The notes beneath the pieces were generated by a model. The model saw only the letters and a program-made list of their open reading frames with translations. It did not search any database and had not been told where the DNA came from. A stretch of DNA of 64,000 nt, from assembly GCA_963750165.1 (NCBI GenBank), contig CAVVPN010000003.1, positions 3,424,001-3,488,000 on the forward strand, in the 5' to 3' direction. The stretch comes from an uncultured Gemmataceae bacterium (lineage in GTDB: Bacteria; Planctomycetota; Planctomycetia; Gemmatales; Gemmataceae). Positions 48,701 through 58,689 of the stretch are shown piece after piece (positions within the stretch are counted from its first letter, which is position 1; the number at the start of each line of letters is the position of its first letter). Position numbers and translations under genes: made by a program.

Positions 48701-51049
48701 GACGGGGACGGTGACGGACTGCACCTCCGAGACGGCCACGAGGGCGCTGTTGCCGGCACCGATGGCCGGGCTGGCCGGCAGCAGGGCCAGCGTTTGCGTC
48801 GGGCCGCCGTTGCTGGCCAGTGCGCCAAGCTGGGGGTTGAGCGGCGCGGCGATGGTCCCGGTCAGGTCGCCGCCGACCCAGCCGACGCTGCCGTCGGTCT
48901 TGCCGATCAGGTTGTTGCCATTGGAGGTGAGGAACCCCAGGCTCGGGGAATTGACATCGGGCCCGCTACTGTTGGGAAGGTTGTTCCCCGCCACGATCGT
49001 GTTGCCGATGTGCAGGTCGCCGCCGTTGTCCAGACCGCCGCCGGCGGTGGTGGCGGTGTTGCCGCTGACGGTGCAGTTGGTCAGCGTCGCGGCAAAGCCG
49101 GTGCGCAGACCGCCGCCGGAGGTGGCGGCGGTGTTGCCGCTGACGGTGCAGTTGGTCAGCGTGTCCTGGCCGTTGTTGTCGTACAGGCCGCCACCTGCAC
49201 CGTTCGTGGTGTTGCCGCTGACCGTGCAATCGGTCAGCGAGAAACGGAAGCCGGCACCGGATGCCGCCAGGCCGCCACCGCCGGTGGCTGCGTAGTTGCC
49301 GCTGACGGCGCAGTTGGTCAGATATGTGTGGCCTGTGGCTACCAGGCCGCCGCCGGTACCGCTGGAGGTGTTGCCGCTGATGGTGCAGTTGAGCATCGTC
49401 AGCGTGCCGCCGTTGGCCAGACCGCCGCCGGTAGAGGTGGCGACGTTGTTGTTGACGGTGCAGTTGAGCATCGACAGCGTGCCGCTGTTGTCCAGACCGC
49501 CGCCGTCCACGCCCTGGCCGCCGGTGACCGTCAGCCCCAACAATGCCGCTGACTTGTTGGCATTGACGATGAATACCTGGCTTGCGTTGTTGCCGCTGAT
49601 CGACAGCAGGCTCGCACCGGGGCCGGTGATCGTGGTGCGGGCCGCGTCGGTGAAGGTGATCGCGCCGCTGGTCAGGGTGATGGTCTGCGGCGTGTTGAAC
49701 AGGCTGGTGAAGATGACGGTGTCGGCGGTGGTGGCGGCGTTGGCGTTGAGGACGGCCTGGCGCAGCGAGCCGTTGCCGCTGTCGCTGGTGTTGGTGACCT
49801 TGAACTGATACTCAAAGGCGCCGATGTCGCTGTTGCCGAAGCGCGTCAGGCCGCGCTGGTCGGTCGCCGGGGCGGTAACGGCGTTGCCGGCGTTGATGGC
49901 CGGGCTGCTGGAGAGCAACGGGATCGTCTGGGTTAGGCCGCCGTAGCTGCCCAGTGTTCCCAGCTGGGCGTTGAGCGGCGCAGCGCCGGTGCCGGTCAGG
50001 TCGGAGCCGACCCAACCACTACTGCCAGTGATGTCGCTGACCAGATTGTGGCCGCCGGAGATCACCCCATCGCAGACCTCGGGGTGCGTGGGGTTCGAGT
50101 CCCCCGCGAGGATCGAATTCGTGACCGTGATACTGTAACCGCCGTAGTAATTGTCGATGGCGCCGCCAGAGCCGGCGGCAGTATTGAGGGTGAACGTGCA
50201 ATTGGTGACCGTGACGGTCCCTCGGGCCTCGATGCCGCCGCCAGAGATGCCCGTCATATTGGCTGCCACCGTGCAGTTAGAGAGGCTGAGGCTCCCGCCC
50301 TGGGTGAACAGCGCACCACCGTAGCCTGTCGCCGAGTTGCCGGTGAGCGTGCTGCCGGTTAACGTCATGGTGCCCGTGTTGAAGATGCCACCGGTCGTGG
50401 CGGCCGTGTTGCCACTGATGGTGCAGTTGATCAGAATCGAGGTGCCCTGCGCGTACAGGGCGCCGCCGTTGGCCGAGGAGGCGGAGTTGCCGCTAACGGT
50501 CGTGTCGGTCATGGTCAGCAGGCCGTTGCTGAAGATGCCGCCGCCGTTACCGGTTGCGGTGTTGCCGCTGACGGTGACATTGGTCAGCGACAGCGTGCCG
50601 AGGCTATAAATGCCGCCGCCGGTCAGGCCGCTATTGCCCCCGGTGACCTTCAACCCCGAGATCGAAGCCGCCGTCCCGGCGTTGAGCCAGAACACCTGCT
50701 GCGTGTTGCCGCCGCTGACCGTCACGTTCGCCGCCGGGCCGGTGATCGTGGTGAGGGCCGTGTCGGTGAAAGTGATCGCGCCGCTGGTCAGGGTGATGGT
50801 CTGCGGCGTGGCGAACACGCCGGTGGTGTCGAACGTGATCGTGTCGGCCCCCAGGTTCGAGTTCGCCTGGGCGACCGCGTCGCGGAGCGAGCCGGCACCG
50901 GTATCGTTCGTGTTGGTCACGAGGTAGTTGGCCGGAACAATACGGTCCTCAAGCGCCTCCAGGGCCAGTCGGACCCAGTGCGGCTCCTTACGCATCGGGC
51001 GGCTGACGGGGCGGGCGAATATGTTGCGGATCCAGGAACGCTTCATCAT
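45674..51049 (-). CDS. N-terminal segment of the giant protein: LEPR-XLL motif, 'VTNTNDxGxGSLRxA' modules, right-handed beta-helix / choice-of-anchor-Q-like repeats
   Basis: GGAG RBS 6 nt before ATG 51049. 'RLALEALEDRIVPA'. 'GGGL...LTNCTVSGN' repeats. 'DQRG...DIGAFE'. 'GNYIGTNA' repeats. Confidence 0.85.
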   Translation of the reverse strand: MMKRSWIRNIFARPVSRPMRKEPHWVRLALEALEDRIVPANYLVTNTNDTGAGSLRDAVAQANSNLGADTITFDTTGVFATPQTITLTSGAITFTDTALTTITGPAANVTVSGGNTQQVFWLNAGTAASISGLKVTGGNSGLTGGGIYSLGTLSLTNVTVSGNTATGNGGGIFSNGLLTMTDTTVSGNSASSANGGALYAQGTSILINCTISGNTAATTGGIFNTGTMTLTGSTLTGNSATGYGGALFTQGGSLSLSNCTVAANMTGISGGGIEARGTVTVTNCTFTLNTAAGSGGAIDNYYGGYSITVTNSILAGDSNPTHPEVCDGVISGGHNLVSDITGSSGWVGSDLTGTGAAPLNAQLGTLGSYGGLTQTIPLLSSSPAINAGNAVTAPATDQRGLTRFGNSDIGAFEYQFKVTNTSDSGNGSLRQAVLNANAATTADTVIFTSLFNTPQTITLTSGAITFTDAARTTITGPGASLLSISGNNASQVFIVNANKSAALLGLTVTGGQGVDGGGLDNSGTLSMLNCTVNNNVATSTGGGLANGGTLTMLNCTISGNTSSGTGGGLVATGHTYLTNCAVSGNYAATGGGGLAASGAGFRFSLTDCTVSGNTTNGAGGGLYDNNGQDTLTNCTVSGNTAATSGGGLRTGFAATLTNCTVSGNTATTAGGGLDNGGDLHIGNTIVAGNNLPNSSGPDVNSPSLGFLTSNGNNLIGKTDGSVGWVGGDLTGTIAAPLNPQLGALASNGGPTQTLALLPASPAIGAGNSALVAVSEVQSVTVPVATGTFTLTFNGQTTASLLNGASAVAVQNALNALASITGVGGSVIVNQYGDFYTITFAGSLANQNLPQMTGLGSGGTTLTIATVMDGYTDQRGQTRFGSTDIGAYEYLFKVTNITDSGTGSLRQAILNTNATAGGNTIVIKIGSGAQTITPTSALPTVTEAVTIDGTTQPGYSGTPLIVLNGASAGVGANGLTLAAGNTTVMGLVINGFGGDGIEVTSNNNVIQGNYIGTNAGGTAAVANSIGVAIDSSATNNLVGGTTAGAGNVISGNSNTGIYLNAAGSGNGIEGNYIGTNAAGLNALANTQYGIDVYNTANATIGGTAAGAGNVISANGFWDVYLEQSGTTGTQVQGNIIGLDATGTTILGTDLGVLISNGASLNTIGGTTPAARNVITAGGSDVAINGQGGTSNNVVEGNFIGTRVGGTQVPASGEPNYDVSIYAGAHGNTIGGVVSGAGNVIAGATLFGVWIYTSIGAPASNNTVAGNFIGTDAAGDSGLGNVVGVEVDISGNTIGGATAAAANLISGNSGFGIQFGGTGANTGNVVEDNYVGTGPGGSGSLVNTGGALDIANSSATVSVTGTLTGTGATNISTGTLQVGNGGTTGALTTGFITNNGALVYDFSSSVNLANPISGTGSVTVTSTGGAITQSAGINAATLTASASTGITLTDPGNSLSNFTATNSTSGPISLTNISTTLAVTGITQSGTAAGSNVTISQTGALSVTGAVSTTATANGNISLTSTGGMTVTAGVTAAGSGSLTLTANSTGTTAGNFIGIDINGATVQSTTGAVQLLGKGGTTGVSGVVIEGGGKVQTTGASGSVSITGTGGASAVTENFGVWVTGSGSLVTSGGGNVSVTGTGGGAGLTGSNDGVVLDTGGKIMAGGAGTVTVMGTGGIGGAGSYVYGVYLTGIGSQVTSSGGNVSVTGIGGGTGASATAYGVVVAVSGQITAGGTGTVTVQGTGGGASGGTEIGVYVLQSGSLTSHNGNVSVTGFGGGSAQAATTSACKSTVAAP

Positions 51050-51121
51050 GGGTAACTCCAAAAAAAGGATGGAAAACCGCCCGTGTGCGGACTGAGTTCA
51101 GGGTTTACAAGGGAACACGAA

Positions 51122-52249
51122 TCAAGAGGCGCGAACCGTTGCCGCGACCTCGCCGAGCCATTCGGTGGGAACCACGAAGGAGTTCTCCAGCAACTCCCCG
51201 TCTTCATTAATCAGGTCCGGATAGCGCCGGCCCAGCACCGTCACGGCAAACACTTCCTGAACACTGGTCTCGAAGCGCAGCAGTGCCGCCACTTGCCCGG
51301 TCGTCAGGTCGATGGCGCAAACGCCGCAGGCTCGCTCATGCTCGGCTAGCCGTTCGGTGATCGTGATGCCGCTGAAGACGGCGCTCTCGCGCACCTGCGA
51401 CAGGCCGACGAAGGCGAATTTCCCGGCGAAATCGAGGCCCCGGGTGAAGCCCGGCAACTCGGTGATTGACTCGTACTTGCCGCTGTTCGGGTCGATAAAG
51501 CCGAGCGTCCCCGCGCCCGATTCGCAGACCCAGAGCCGGCCGGCGTACCAGCGCGGCGAGTGCGGCATCGATAACCCGCGGGTGATCACCGCGCCCAGGT
51601 CCAGGTCGATCAGGATGCCGCCCCTGGCCTTGTTGGCCCGCCAGCCGCCCGGTTCGTCCGTCTCCCCAAGCGCCGTGACGTAGCGCGGGCGGCCATCGAC
51701 CACCGCCAGGCCGTTCAGGTGGCAGCGGTCGGAGGGCTCCAGCGCCGAGACGAACGGCGGTCGCCACCGCGGCGCGAAGCTGGCCGAAGGGTCGAGCGTG
51801 CAGAGGCACGAGAACCGGGTGTTGATGACCCAGAGCACCCCCTCGGCGCTCCAGGCCATCTCATGAATCTGAATGTTGCCCGTGACGTGACTGGAGCGGG
51901 GCAGGTAGCAGGCGTCGTGCCGCCCGGGCGGTTCGAGCCGCGCGGCGACGGCCGGGACGTTGACGTATTCCCAGACCTGGATGGTGGTGCCGATGGCCAG
52001 CCGGTCGCCGTCGAGGGCCATGCCCATGGGGGCCTGAAAGACGCGAAAGTGGGTGTTGAGGTGGTCCCCCTCAGCGCGGACGATCACGAGTTTGCCGGCC
52101 TGGTAGGTGGTGACCAGCAACGACGCGCCGAGTTCCCGCAACAGCGCGGGGAAGTTCGGCGTGTGGACGGCCCGCAGCGGCGCCGGGTCGTCCGATACGG
52201 GGCGTCCCGAGTCCTGGATCAGGAGATCAGGAGCATGTTGCAGAGTCAT
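51122..52249 (-). CDS. TIGR03032 / DUF4915 family protein (function unknown)
   Basis: Recognised family motifs TTYQAGKL, HVTGNIQIHE, NTRFSCL, WRPPF, DRCHLNG, GLSMPHSPR, PGFTRGL, FVGLSQVRE. Start position uncertain. Confidence 0.88.
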   Translation of the reverse strand: MTLQHAPDLLIQDSGRPVSDDPAPLRAVHTPNFPALLRELGASLLVTTYQAGKLVIVRAEGDHLNTHFRVFQAPMGMALDGDRLAIGTTIQVWEYVNVPAVAARLEPPGRHDACYLPRSSHVTGNIQIHEMAWSAEGVLWVINTRFSCLCTLDPSASFAPRWRPPFVSALEPSDRCHLNGLAVVDGRPRYVTALGETDEPGGWRANKARGGILIDLDLGAVITRGLSMPHSPRWYAGRLWVCESGAGTLGFIDPNSGKYESITELPGFTRGLDFAGKFAFVGLSQVRESAVFSGITITERLAEHERACGVCAIDLTTGQVAALLRFETSVQEVFAVTVLGRRYPDLINEDGELLENSFVVPTEWLGEVAATVRAS

Positions 52250-53127
52250 GAAACACGTTGGTATTTGAACAACGAGCCAGCCGAACCTGGCGGAGTCAGT
52301 ACATTCTGGAAGCGCGTCTGGGCGGCCTGTCTTGACCAGGGGATCCAACAGAACTCATTTCGAGAAACGCAACCGACGACGGCACTTATAGCGAAACGGT
52401 TAAGCGCTACAGGCGACCGATCCTATGCATTCGTTCAGGTCATTTCGCAGTTACCGGCGCTCTGGTGGTCAACCGGGATCGAACGCGCAGCGGCATCTCT
52501 GGCACAAGCGTTTTCCAGAAAGCCAGACCGAGCGACCCGATTCGGGAGATCCAGCAACGCCAGGCAGATGTCGCGCTTATCACTTGGGAGTGATCTCCCT
52601 AGCTGTATGGGGTTGATTCACGATGCTTTTTTCAACGATTTATAGAATAATGCGACGCCCGGCCGAAATCACGCCAATTTTTCATAATTCCGGATCGGTC
52701 GCGGTGTCTGCGAGTTCCCGGCGAAGCCCGGCTCTGGGCCATGGCCCAAACCCGATCCGCGGTCGGGCTCACCGTTGTTAGCCGGGTGCGGATGGCGGGC
52801 GGCATCGATGGGTTCTGCCTCACGGCACGGCTGCAGGGCCGTTGCGGCTCCTCGCTCCCAATGCGAGATTCCGACCAAAAGCTGGCCAACAATTTTTTTT
52901 CACAACAAACCGCGCGGCAGCCGTCAAAAGGACGAGCGTAATCTACACCTCGCAGGGCGTTTTTTCCTGAATCGCCGGCACGGCTTGTGCCCTCTAAATA
53001 AGGCAGTAGCAGGTGACGCCGGAAAGGCCCTGGCCCAGCGGGGAGCTTGCGCCACGTCCGCCCGCGGCGTGCGGTCCCGGACCAGGGCTGCCCCGTTTCC
53101 GCTCACCGGAGAGGAGAATCACACTTC

Positions 53128-55704
53128 ATGAACACCGACCGTTTCAACGAACGCACCCAGGAAGCCCTGAGCGCCGGGCACCGCCTGGCGGCCAAGTTCG
53201 GCCACCAGCAGATGGATGTCGAGCATGTCCTGCTGGCGCTGCTCGATCAGGACCGCGGCCAGGCCGCCAGCCTGCTCAACCGCGCCGGCGTCGCCGCCGA
53301 GGCGCTCAAGATCAAGGTGCAGCGCGAACTGGAAAAGCTGCCGCGCGTCAGCGGCGGCGGTTCCGACCAGATCAGCATCACCGGCCGCCTCAACCGCCTG
53401 CTCGGCCAGGCCGAGGAGGAGGCGAAGCAGCTGAAGGAAGACAATGTCCAGGAGAAGCACCTGCTGTTGGCCATGCTGGAGGACACCGGCGCCGCCGGCA
53501 AGCTCCTGAAGGAGTTCGGCCTGAGCAAGGACAAATTGCTGGAGGCCATGAAGTTCGAGGCCCTGGAGCGCTACGGCCGCGACCTGACGCAGCTGGCCGA
53601 GCAGGGCAAACTCGACCCGGTCATCGGCCGCGATGAGGAAATCCGCCGCGTCATCCAGGTGCTGAGCCGTCGCACCAAGAACAACCCCGTGCTCATCGGC
53701 GAGCCCGGTGTCGGCAAGACCGCTATTGTGGAGGGATTAAGTCAACGAATCATCCGCGGCGACGTGCCCGAGGGCCTGAAGAACAAGCGTGTCGTTGCAC
53801 TCGACATGGGCGCCCTGATCGCCGGCGCCAAGTACCGTGGCGAATTCGAGGAGCGGCTGAAGGCCGTGCTCAAGGAAGTGCAGGAGGCCCAGGGCCAGAT
53901 CATCCTGTTCATTGACGAACTGCACACGGTCGTCGGCGCGGGCAAGGCCGAGGGCGCGATGGACGCCGGCAACCTGCTCAAGCCCATGCTGGCGCGCGGC
54001 GAGTTGCACTGCATCGGCGCCACCACCCTCGACGAGTATCGCAAGCACATCGAGAAGGACGCCGCCCTGGAACGGCGCTTCCAACCGGTGCTGGTCGATC
54101 AGCCGTCGGTCGAGGACACCATCTCGATCCTGCGCGGCCTGCGCGAGCGCTACGAGATCCACCACGGCGTACGCATCAAGGACGCGGCGCTGGTGGCGGC
54201 AGCGGTGCTGTCCAATCGCTACATCACCGACCGCTTCCTGCCGGACAAGGCCATTGACCTGGTGGACGAGGCCGCGGCCAAGCTGCGCACCGAGATCGAC
54301 TCGATGCCAACGGAACTGGACGAGATTTCGCGGCGCGTGATGCAGTTGCAGATCGAGCGTGAGGCGCTGAAGAAGGAGAAGGACGCCGCCTCGCGCGAGC
54401 GGCTCGACAAGCTCAACCGCGAGCTGGAGGAACTGGAAGGGCGGCTGAACCGGTTGAAGACGCAGTGGCAGAACGAGAAGAAGCGCGTGCAGGACGTGCG
54501 GCAGCTGCGCGAGCAGATCGAACAGACGAAGGTGGAGGTCGAGCAGGCGGAACGGCAGTACGACCTGAACCGCGCCGCCCAGTTGAAATACGGCAAGCTG
54601 CTGGAACTGGAGAAGCAGTTGAAGGCCGCCGAGGAGCAGTTGAACCAGAACCGCGGTGCTCAGGCGCTCATCAAGGAGGAGGTGGACGAGGAGGACATCG
54701 CCAGGGTCATCAGCCGCTGGACCAAGATTCCCGTCTCGAAGCTGCTGGAGGGTGAGGTGCAGAAGCTACTGCACCTGGGCGAGGAACTGCACAAGCGCGT
54801 CATCGGCCAGGACGAGGCGGTGCAGGCGGTGGCGGACGCGGTGCTGCGGGCGCGCTCGGGCCTGAAGGACCCGAACCGGCCCATCGGCTCGTTCATCTTC
54901 CTCGGCCCGACGGGAGTCGGCAAGACCGAGCTGGCGCGGGCGCTGGCGGAGTTCCTGTTCGACGACGAGCGGGCCATGATCCGCATTGACATGTCGGAGT
55001 ATCAGGAGAAGCACACGGTCTCGCGCCTCGTCGGCGCCCCGCCGGGCTACATCGGCTTTGAGGAGGGCGGTCAGTTGACCGAGGCGGTGCGGCGGCGGCC
55101 GTACTGCGTCGTGCTGTTCGACGAGATCGAGAAGGCGCACCATGACGTGTTCAACGTGCTGCTGCAAATCCTCGACGACGGCCGACTGACGGACGGCCAG
55201 GGCCGCACGGTGAACTTCAAGAACACCATCATCATCATGACCTCGAACGTTGGCAGCCAGCGCATCCTGAGTTACCGCGGCGCCTTCGACGGCGACGGCT
55301 ACGAGCGCATGAAAAACGCGGTGCTCGAGGAACTGCGCAGCCACTTCCGACCGGAGTTCCTGAATCGCGTGGACGAGATTATTGTGTTCCACGCGCTGTC
55401 GGAGGAGCACCTGAAGGACATCGTGGAAATCCAGCTGAACCGGTTGCGGCAGCGGCTGGCAGAGCGGCACATCACGTTGGAACTGACCGACCGGGCCAAG
55501 ACGCACCTGGTACAGACCGGCCATGACCCGGCGTACGGGGCGCGGCCGCTGAAGCGGGCGATTCAGAAGGAGGTCGAGAATGTGCTGGGCCGGCAACTGC
55601 TGGAGGGCAAGGTGCGCGACGGCCAGCATGTCGTCGCGGACTACGACGGCAGGAATGGGCAGCTGACGTTCCGAGCGCAGCAGGGCGTGCCGGCGGCCCG
55701 ATGA
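53128..55704 (+). CDS. clpB: ATP-dependent chaperone ClpB
   Basis: GAGGAG RBS, Clp N-domain, [14 protein letters not shown], Walker A motifs GEPGVGKT and GPTGVGKT, coiled-coil M-domain with [19 protein letters not shown]. Confidence 0.96.
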   Translation: MNTDRFNERTQEALSAGHRLAAKFGHQQMDVEHVLLALLDQDRGQAASLLNRAGVAAEALKIKVQRELEKLPRVSGGGSDQISITGRLNRLLGQAEEEAKQLKEDNVQEKHLLLAMLEDTGAAGKLLKEFGLSKDKLLEAMKFEALERYGRDLTQLAEQGKLDPVIGRDEEIRRVIQVLSRRTKNNPVLIGEPGVGKTAIVEGLSQRIIRGDVPEGLKNKRVVALDMGALIAGAKYRGEFEERLKAVLKEVQEAQGQIILFIDELHTVVGAGKAEGAMDAGNLLKPMLARGELHCIGATTLDEYRKHIEKDAALERRFQPVLVDQPSVEDTISILRGLRERYEIHHGVRIKDAALVAAAVLSNRYITDRFLPDKAIDLVDEAAAKLRTEIDSMPTELDEISRRVMQLQIEREALKKEKDAASRERLDKLNRELEELEGRLNRLKTQWQNEKKRVQDVRQLREQIEQTKVEVEQAERQYDLNRAAQLKYGKLLELEKQLKAAEEQLNQNRGAQALIKEEVDEEDIARVISRWTKIPVSKLLEGEVQKLLHLGEELHKRVIGQDEAVQAVADAVLRARSGLKDPNRPIGSFIFLGPTGVGKTELARALAEFLFDDERAMIRIDMSEYQEKHTVSRLVGAPPGYIGFEEGGQLTEAVRRRPYCVVLFDEIEKAHHDVFNVLLQILDDGRLTDGQGRTVNFKNTIIIMTSNVGSQRILSYRGAFDGDGYERMKNAVLEELRSHFRPEFLNRVDEIIVFHALSEEHLKDIVEIQLNRLRQRLAERHITLELTDRAKTHLVQTGHDPAYGARPLKRAIQKEVENVLGRQLLEGKVRDGQHVVADYDGRNGQLTFRAQQGVPAAR

Positions 55705-55712
55705 ATTACTAC

Positions 55713-55742
55713 CCGTCCCAGCCCTGCTACGGGCTGGGACGG
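55713..55742. terminator. Hairpin after clpB
   Basis: CCGTCCCAGCCC / GGGCTGGGACGG, 12-bp stem, 8 nt after the stop. Confidence 0.6.
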
Positions 55743-55752
55743 TGATTTGCCG

Positions 55753-56210
55753 TTAGCCAGCTCCCACCTTGTTCTCCAGCCCTGCCGACGCCTGAGCCAT
55801 GAGAGACCGCACAATTTTTAACACTTCTGGGGAAGCAAAAATTGCGCGGAGGTGATTCTCAGGCGGAGCCGAACAACAACTTCCAAGAGTAGGACGGCTC
55901 TCCAGAGCCGTCCCGACGGCTCTGGAGAGCCGTCCTACGAAGTTGTTGTTCGGCGCCTCCTCAAAGTGCTCGGGGGTTGGCGCGATCCGTAGTGCGGTTT
56001 CCGCGTCAGGCAAAATAATTTGGGCAGGGTAAAGTTCGATGTCGTGGGAAACATTTAATGCCATCGAGACTCGGCCGCTGGATGGTAACAGGTTCCCGGC
56101 GGTTCATGTTCAGGAGTCCCTGGAGGGTGGACATCGTGGGTCGAATCCCCGAAGAAACTCCACATGGGGTTGTAGAAAAAAAGATATTCTTTCTTGTTTA
56201 CAGTCCGCCA
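55753..56210 (-). pseudogene. Lower-GC decayed remnant: fragment resembling an endonuclease/exonuclease/phosphatase (EEP) protein fused to the C-terminal half of a small hypothetical gene
   Basis: 'FFYNPMWSFFGD...PPGTCY...W' followed by a stop. An overlapping frame reads 'VSHDIELYP...FEEA [insert] LRAIFASPEVLKIVRSLMAQAS'. Family resemblance is from memory only. Confidence 0.45.
55868..55954. repeat. Nested palindrome: 16-bp outer inverted repeats around a GTAG REP doublet
   Basis: Outer arms GCCGAACAACAACTTC 55868-55883 / GAAGTTGTTGTTCGGC 55939-55954. Inner GTAGGACGGCTCTCCAGAGCCGTC 55889-55912 and its reverse complement 55915-55938. Confidence 0.85.
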
Positions 56211-56302
56211 AGGAGAAAGAAGTCGAAGCCGTTCGCCGAGCCACGCACCGCGGAGTATAATCAACAGGAAAGTTTCCGTTTCCTCTCGAAAGGGTTCCTG
56301 TC

Positions 56303-56764
56303 ATGAGCTTCAAACTGGATCGCGTGACCCTCTGGTCGGGCGAGGTGGCGGACCAGGTCGGCGGGGCCGCCACCAAGCTGTCGGCGCTGGCCCAGGCCGG
56401 GGCCAACCTGGAGTATGTCTTCACCAAGCGCCTGCCGGACAAGCCGGGCAAGGGCGTGCTGTACGTGGCGCCCGTGACCGGCCCGGCCCAGGTGAAGGCG
56501 GCGCGGGCGGTGGGCCTGCACGAGGCCGACCATCCCGTGGTGCGCCGCATTGAGGGCATCAACGAGGCGGGGCTGGCCCACAAGGTAACGCAGCAGTGGG
56601 CCATCGCCGGCATCAGCCTGCAGGGCCTGACGATGGCGGTGCTGAACAACAGTTTTGTCGGCTATGCCGCCTTCGACACCGTCGAGGACGCCAACCGCGC
56701 CGCCCAGATCCTCGCTGACCTCGGCTGGGCCGCCCACCAGCCCGCCGCGAAACCGCAAGCGTGA
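56303..56764 (+). CDS. ACT-like domain protein
   Basis: Two ACT-like halves: 'DQVGGAATKLSALAQAGANLEYV' and 'NEAGLAHKVTQQWAIAGISL'. Confidence 0.7.
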   Translation: MSFKLDRVTLWSGEVADQVGGAATKLSALAQAGANLEYVFTKRLPDKPGKGVLYVAPVTGPAQVKAARAVGLHEADHPVVRRIEGINEAGLAHKVTQQWAIAGISLQGLTMAVLNNSFVGYAAFDTVEDANRAAQILADLGWAAHQPAAKPQA

Positions 56765-56771
56765 GCAAGCG

Positions 56772-56871
56772 GGGATTCACCACAAAGACACAAAGAGCAC
56801 AAAGAAGACAGAAGAAAATAATTCAATTCTTCTGTCTTCTTTGTGCTCTTTGTGTCTTTGTGGTGAATCCC
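56772..56871. repeat. 45-bp-arm perfect palindrome built from CACAAAGA subrepeats
   Basis: GGGATTCACCACAAAGACACAAAGAGCACAAAGAAGACAGAAGAA 56772-56816 and its reverse complement 56827-56871, between convergent genes. Confidence 0.9.
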
Positions 56872-56876
56872 TGGAC

Positions 56877-58658
56877 CTAGCGCCCCGCCGGCGCGCTGCC
56901 GAGTTCCATCTGCGCCGCCTGCAGGATCGCGGCGGTGTCGTCGTCCTGCACCAGCGCGATCACCCGCAGGTTGGCGAAGCGCAGCGGCCGGTCGGTGCTC
57001 GGGAACTCCTGCTTGGTCGCCGCGTAATTGTCCAGGTACTTGTTGAGGTTCTTGCGCAACTCGCCCAGGTCAATGCTGGCGGTGTGCCGCAGCGCCTTGT
57101 CCTTGATGGCGACGCCCTCGACGCCGCCAGGGAAGGCGCGGACTACCTGGTGATGGAAGCGGAGCCGGTTGCCGCCCACGTAGCGGATCGTCTCCTCCAC
57201 CAGCAGCAGCCGCAACTTCACATTGCCGCCCTTCACCTCCGTGACGTTGGCCTCGATGCTCACCTTCTCGCCGGCGAGGCTGGCGCGGACGGCCACCTTC
57301 GCCCCCGCGGCCGTTTCCAGCAATGGCTCCAGCGCCGCCCGGTATGCCTCGTACTTCTGTTCGGCGGCCGCCATCGGGCCGCCACCGCCCGGCAGCACCT
57401 TGCCGTCGAGCAGCGTCGTCGGCGTGCCGCGCACCTGGTTGGGGAAGTGCTTGCGGTAGTAGTCCCAGCGAGCCTCGCTGGCGGGATTGGTCATCGGGTC
57501 CGGTCCCGGGATGTGCATGTGATACTGGATCAGCACCACGTCCCTGGGCTGGTACGTCTTGAGCAGTGCGTCGAAGGCCACGTCGGCGGCGACGCACGGC
57601 GGGCACTGCGCCCCGGTGAACAACTCCATGACGACGGCCCGGTCGCTGGTGCCCTTGCGGCCGGCGAACTCCTTCGCCTTGAACGGCGGCACCTTTTTCA
57701 GATATTCGCGGTCCGCGGCATCGTTCAAGCGTGCGTCCACCGCCTGGGCCTCGGCGGTCTTGCCCAGCCGCCGCAGCGCCGCCTCCAGGGCCGTCAACAC
57801 GGCCTTCTGGCGTTCCGGACTGGTTTTCTTGTCGAGCAACCGCTCCGCCCGCTGGGCCTGCTCCAGCGCCAGCGCCTCCATCTTCTCCTGGGCCAGCAGC
57901 AGTTTGGCCAGCTCGGCGGCGGCGTACAGGTCGTAGCGCTTGCCGTAGGTGGCGGCCACGCGGTTGACGGCCGTCGCCCACGCCCTGGCCTCGTCGGCGG
58001 TCACCTTGAATTTTTCGGGATCGCGCAGCAGGAACAGCACCAGGTCCACGACCACCGGGCTGTCGGGGTGACGCGTGACCGCCTCGCGGTACAGCCCCGG
58101 GGCCTCCTTCTTGACGCCCTTCAAGGCCGCCTGATATTCCTGGATAATCAGCGTCTTTTCACCCTGGTCCTTGGCGTCGGCCAGCTGTTTGAGCAGCTCC
58201 TGCGCCCTGGCGTGGAGGCCCGCCAGCTTTTTCAGCGGCGGCAGATCGAAGGCAATCGTCATCTCCTTGCTGATTTTACCCGCCCGGGCCGGCGCCAGGG
58301 TTGCGGCCGCCAGGGCGTCTTCGCTGCCGTAGGAGCCCCGGAAGGTCTTGCCGCCCGGAGCGACCACGCCCTCAAAGGTGTAAGTTTTGTCGCGGGCCTG
58401 CACCTCCATGCGCAGGACGCCGTTCTTGTAGGTGACGGCCTTGACCTCCTGGTTCTTGACCGGGGCGTCCAGCACAACGCCGATCCACTCCTTGTTCACC
58501 CTGGCGAACCGGAGCAGGGCCACGGGCCTGACGACGCCCTGCTCGCCCGCCACCGTGCTCAGCGTCCAGGTGCCGGTGAGCACCACGTCGCCGCCGGGCG
58601 CCAGCGGCGCCAGGCCGAGCAGCGCCAGCAGACAAAACGCGAACCGTTTGCTGTTCAT
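56877..58658 (-). CDS. Secreted protein with helical/TPR-like region and thioredoxin-fold CxxC domain (DUF1223/Omp28-like), paralog 1
   Basis: Signal-peptide-like N-terminus, 'VVMELFTGAQCPPCVAAD', 'YVGGNRLRFHHQVVR'. Confidence 0.8.
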   Translation of the reverse strand: MNSKRFAFCLLALLGLAPLAPGGDVVLTGTWTLSTVAGEQGVVRPVALLRFARVNKEWIGVVLDAPVKNQEVKAVTYKNGVLRMEVQARDKTYTFEGVVAPGGKTFRGSYGSEDALAAATLAPARAGKISKEMTIAFDLPPLKKLAGLHARAQELLKQLADAKDQGEKTLIIQEYQAALKGVKKEAPGLYREAVTRHPDSPVVVDLVLFLLRDPEKFKVTADEARAWATAVNRVAATYGKRYDLYAAAELAKLLLAQEKMEALALEQAQRAERLLDKKTSPERQKAVLTALEAALRRLGKTAEAQAVDARLNDAADREYLKKVPPFKAKEFAGRKGTSDRAVVMELFTGAQCPPCVAADVAFDALLKTYQPRDVVLIQYHMHIPGPDPMTNPASEARWDYYRKHFPNQVRGTPTTLLDGKVLPGGGGPMAAAEQKYEAYRAALEPLLETAAGAKVAVRASLAGEKVSIEANVTEVKGGNVKLRLLLVEETIRYVGGNRLRFHHQVVRAFPGGVEGVAIKDKALRHTASIDLGELRKNLNKYLDNYAATKQEFPSTDRPLRFANLRVIALVQDDDTAAILQAAQMELGSAPAGR

Positions 58659-58689
58659 CGCAGTCTCCTTTGGCCAATGTCAGTCCTCG

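Noticed and set aside
52250..53127. Long divergent intergenic region: riboswitch, sRNA, CIRCE box or small ORFs
   Set aside because: No motif I can recognise by eye; an Rfam/Infernal search would be needed
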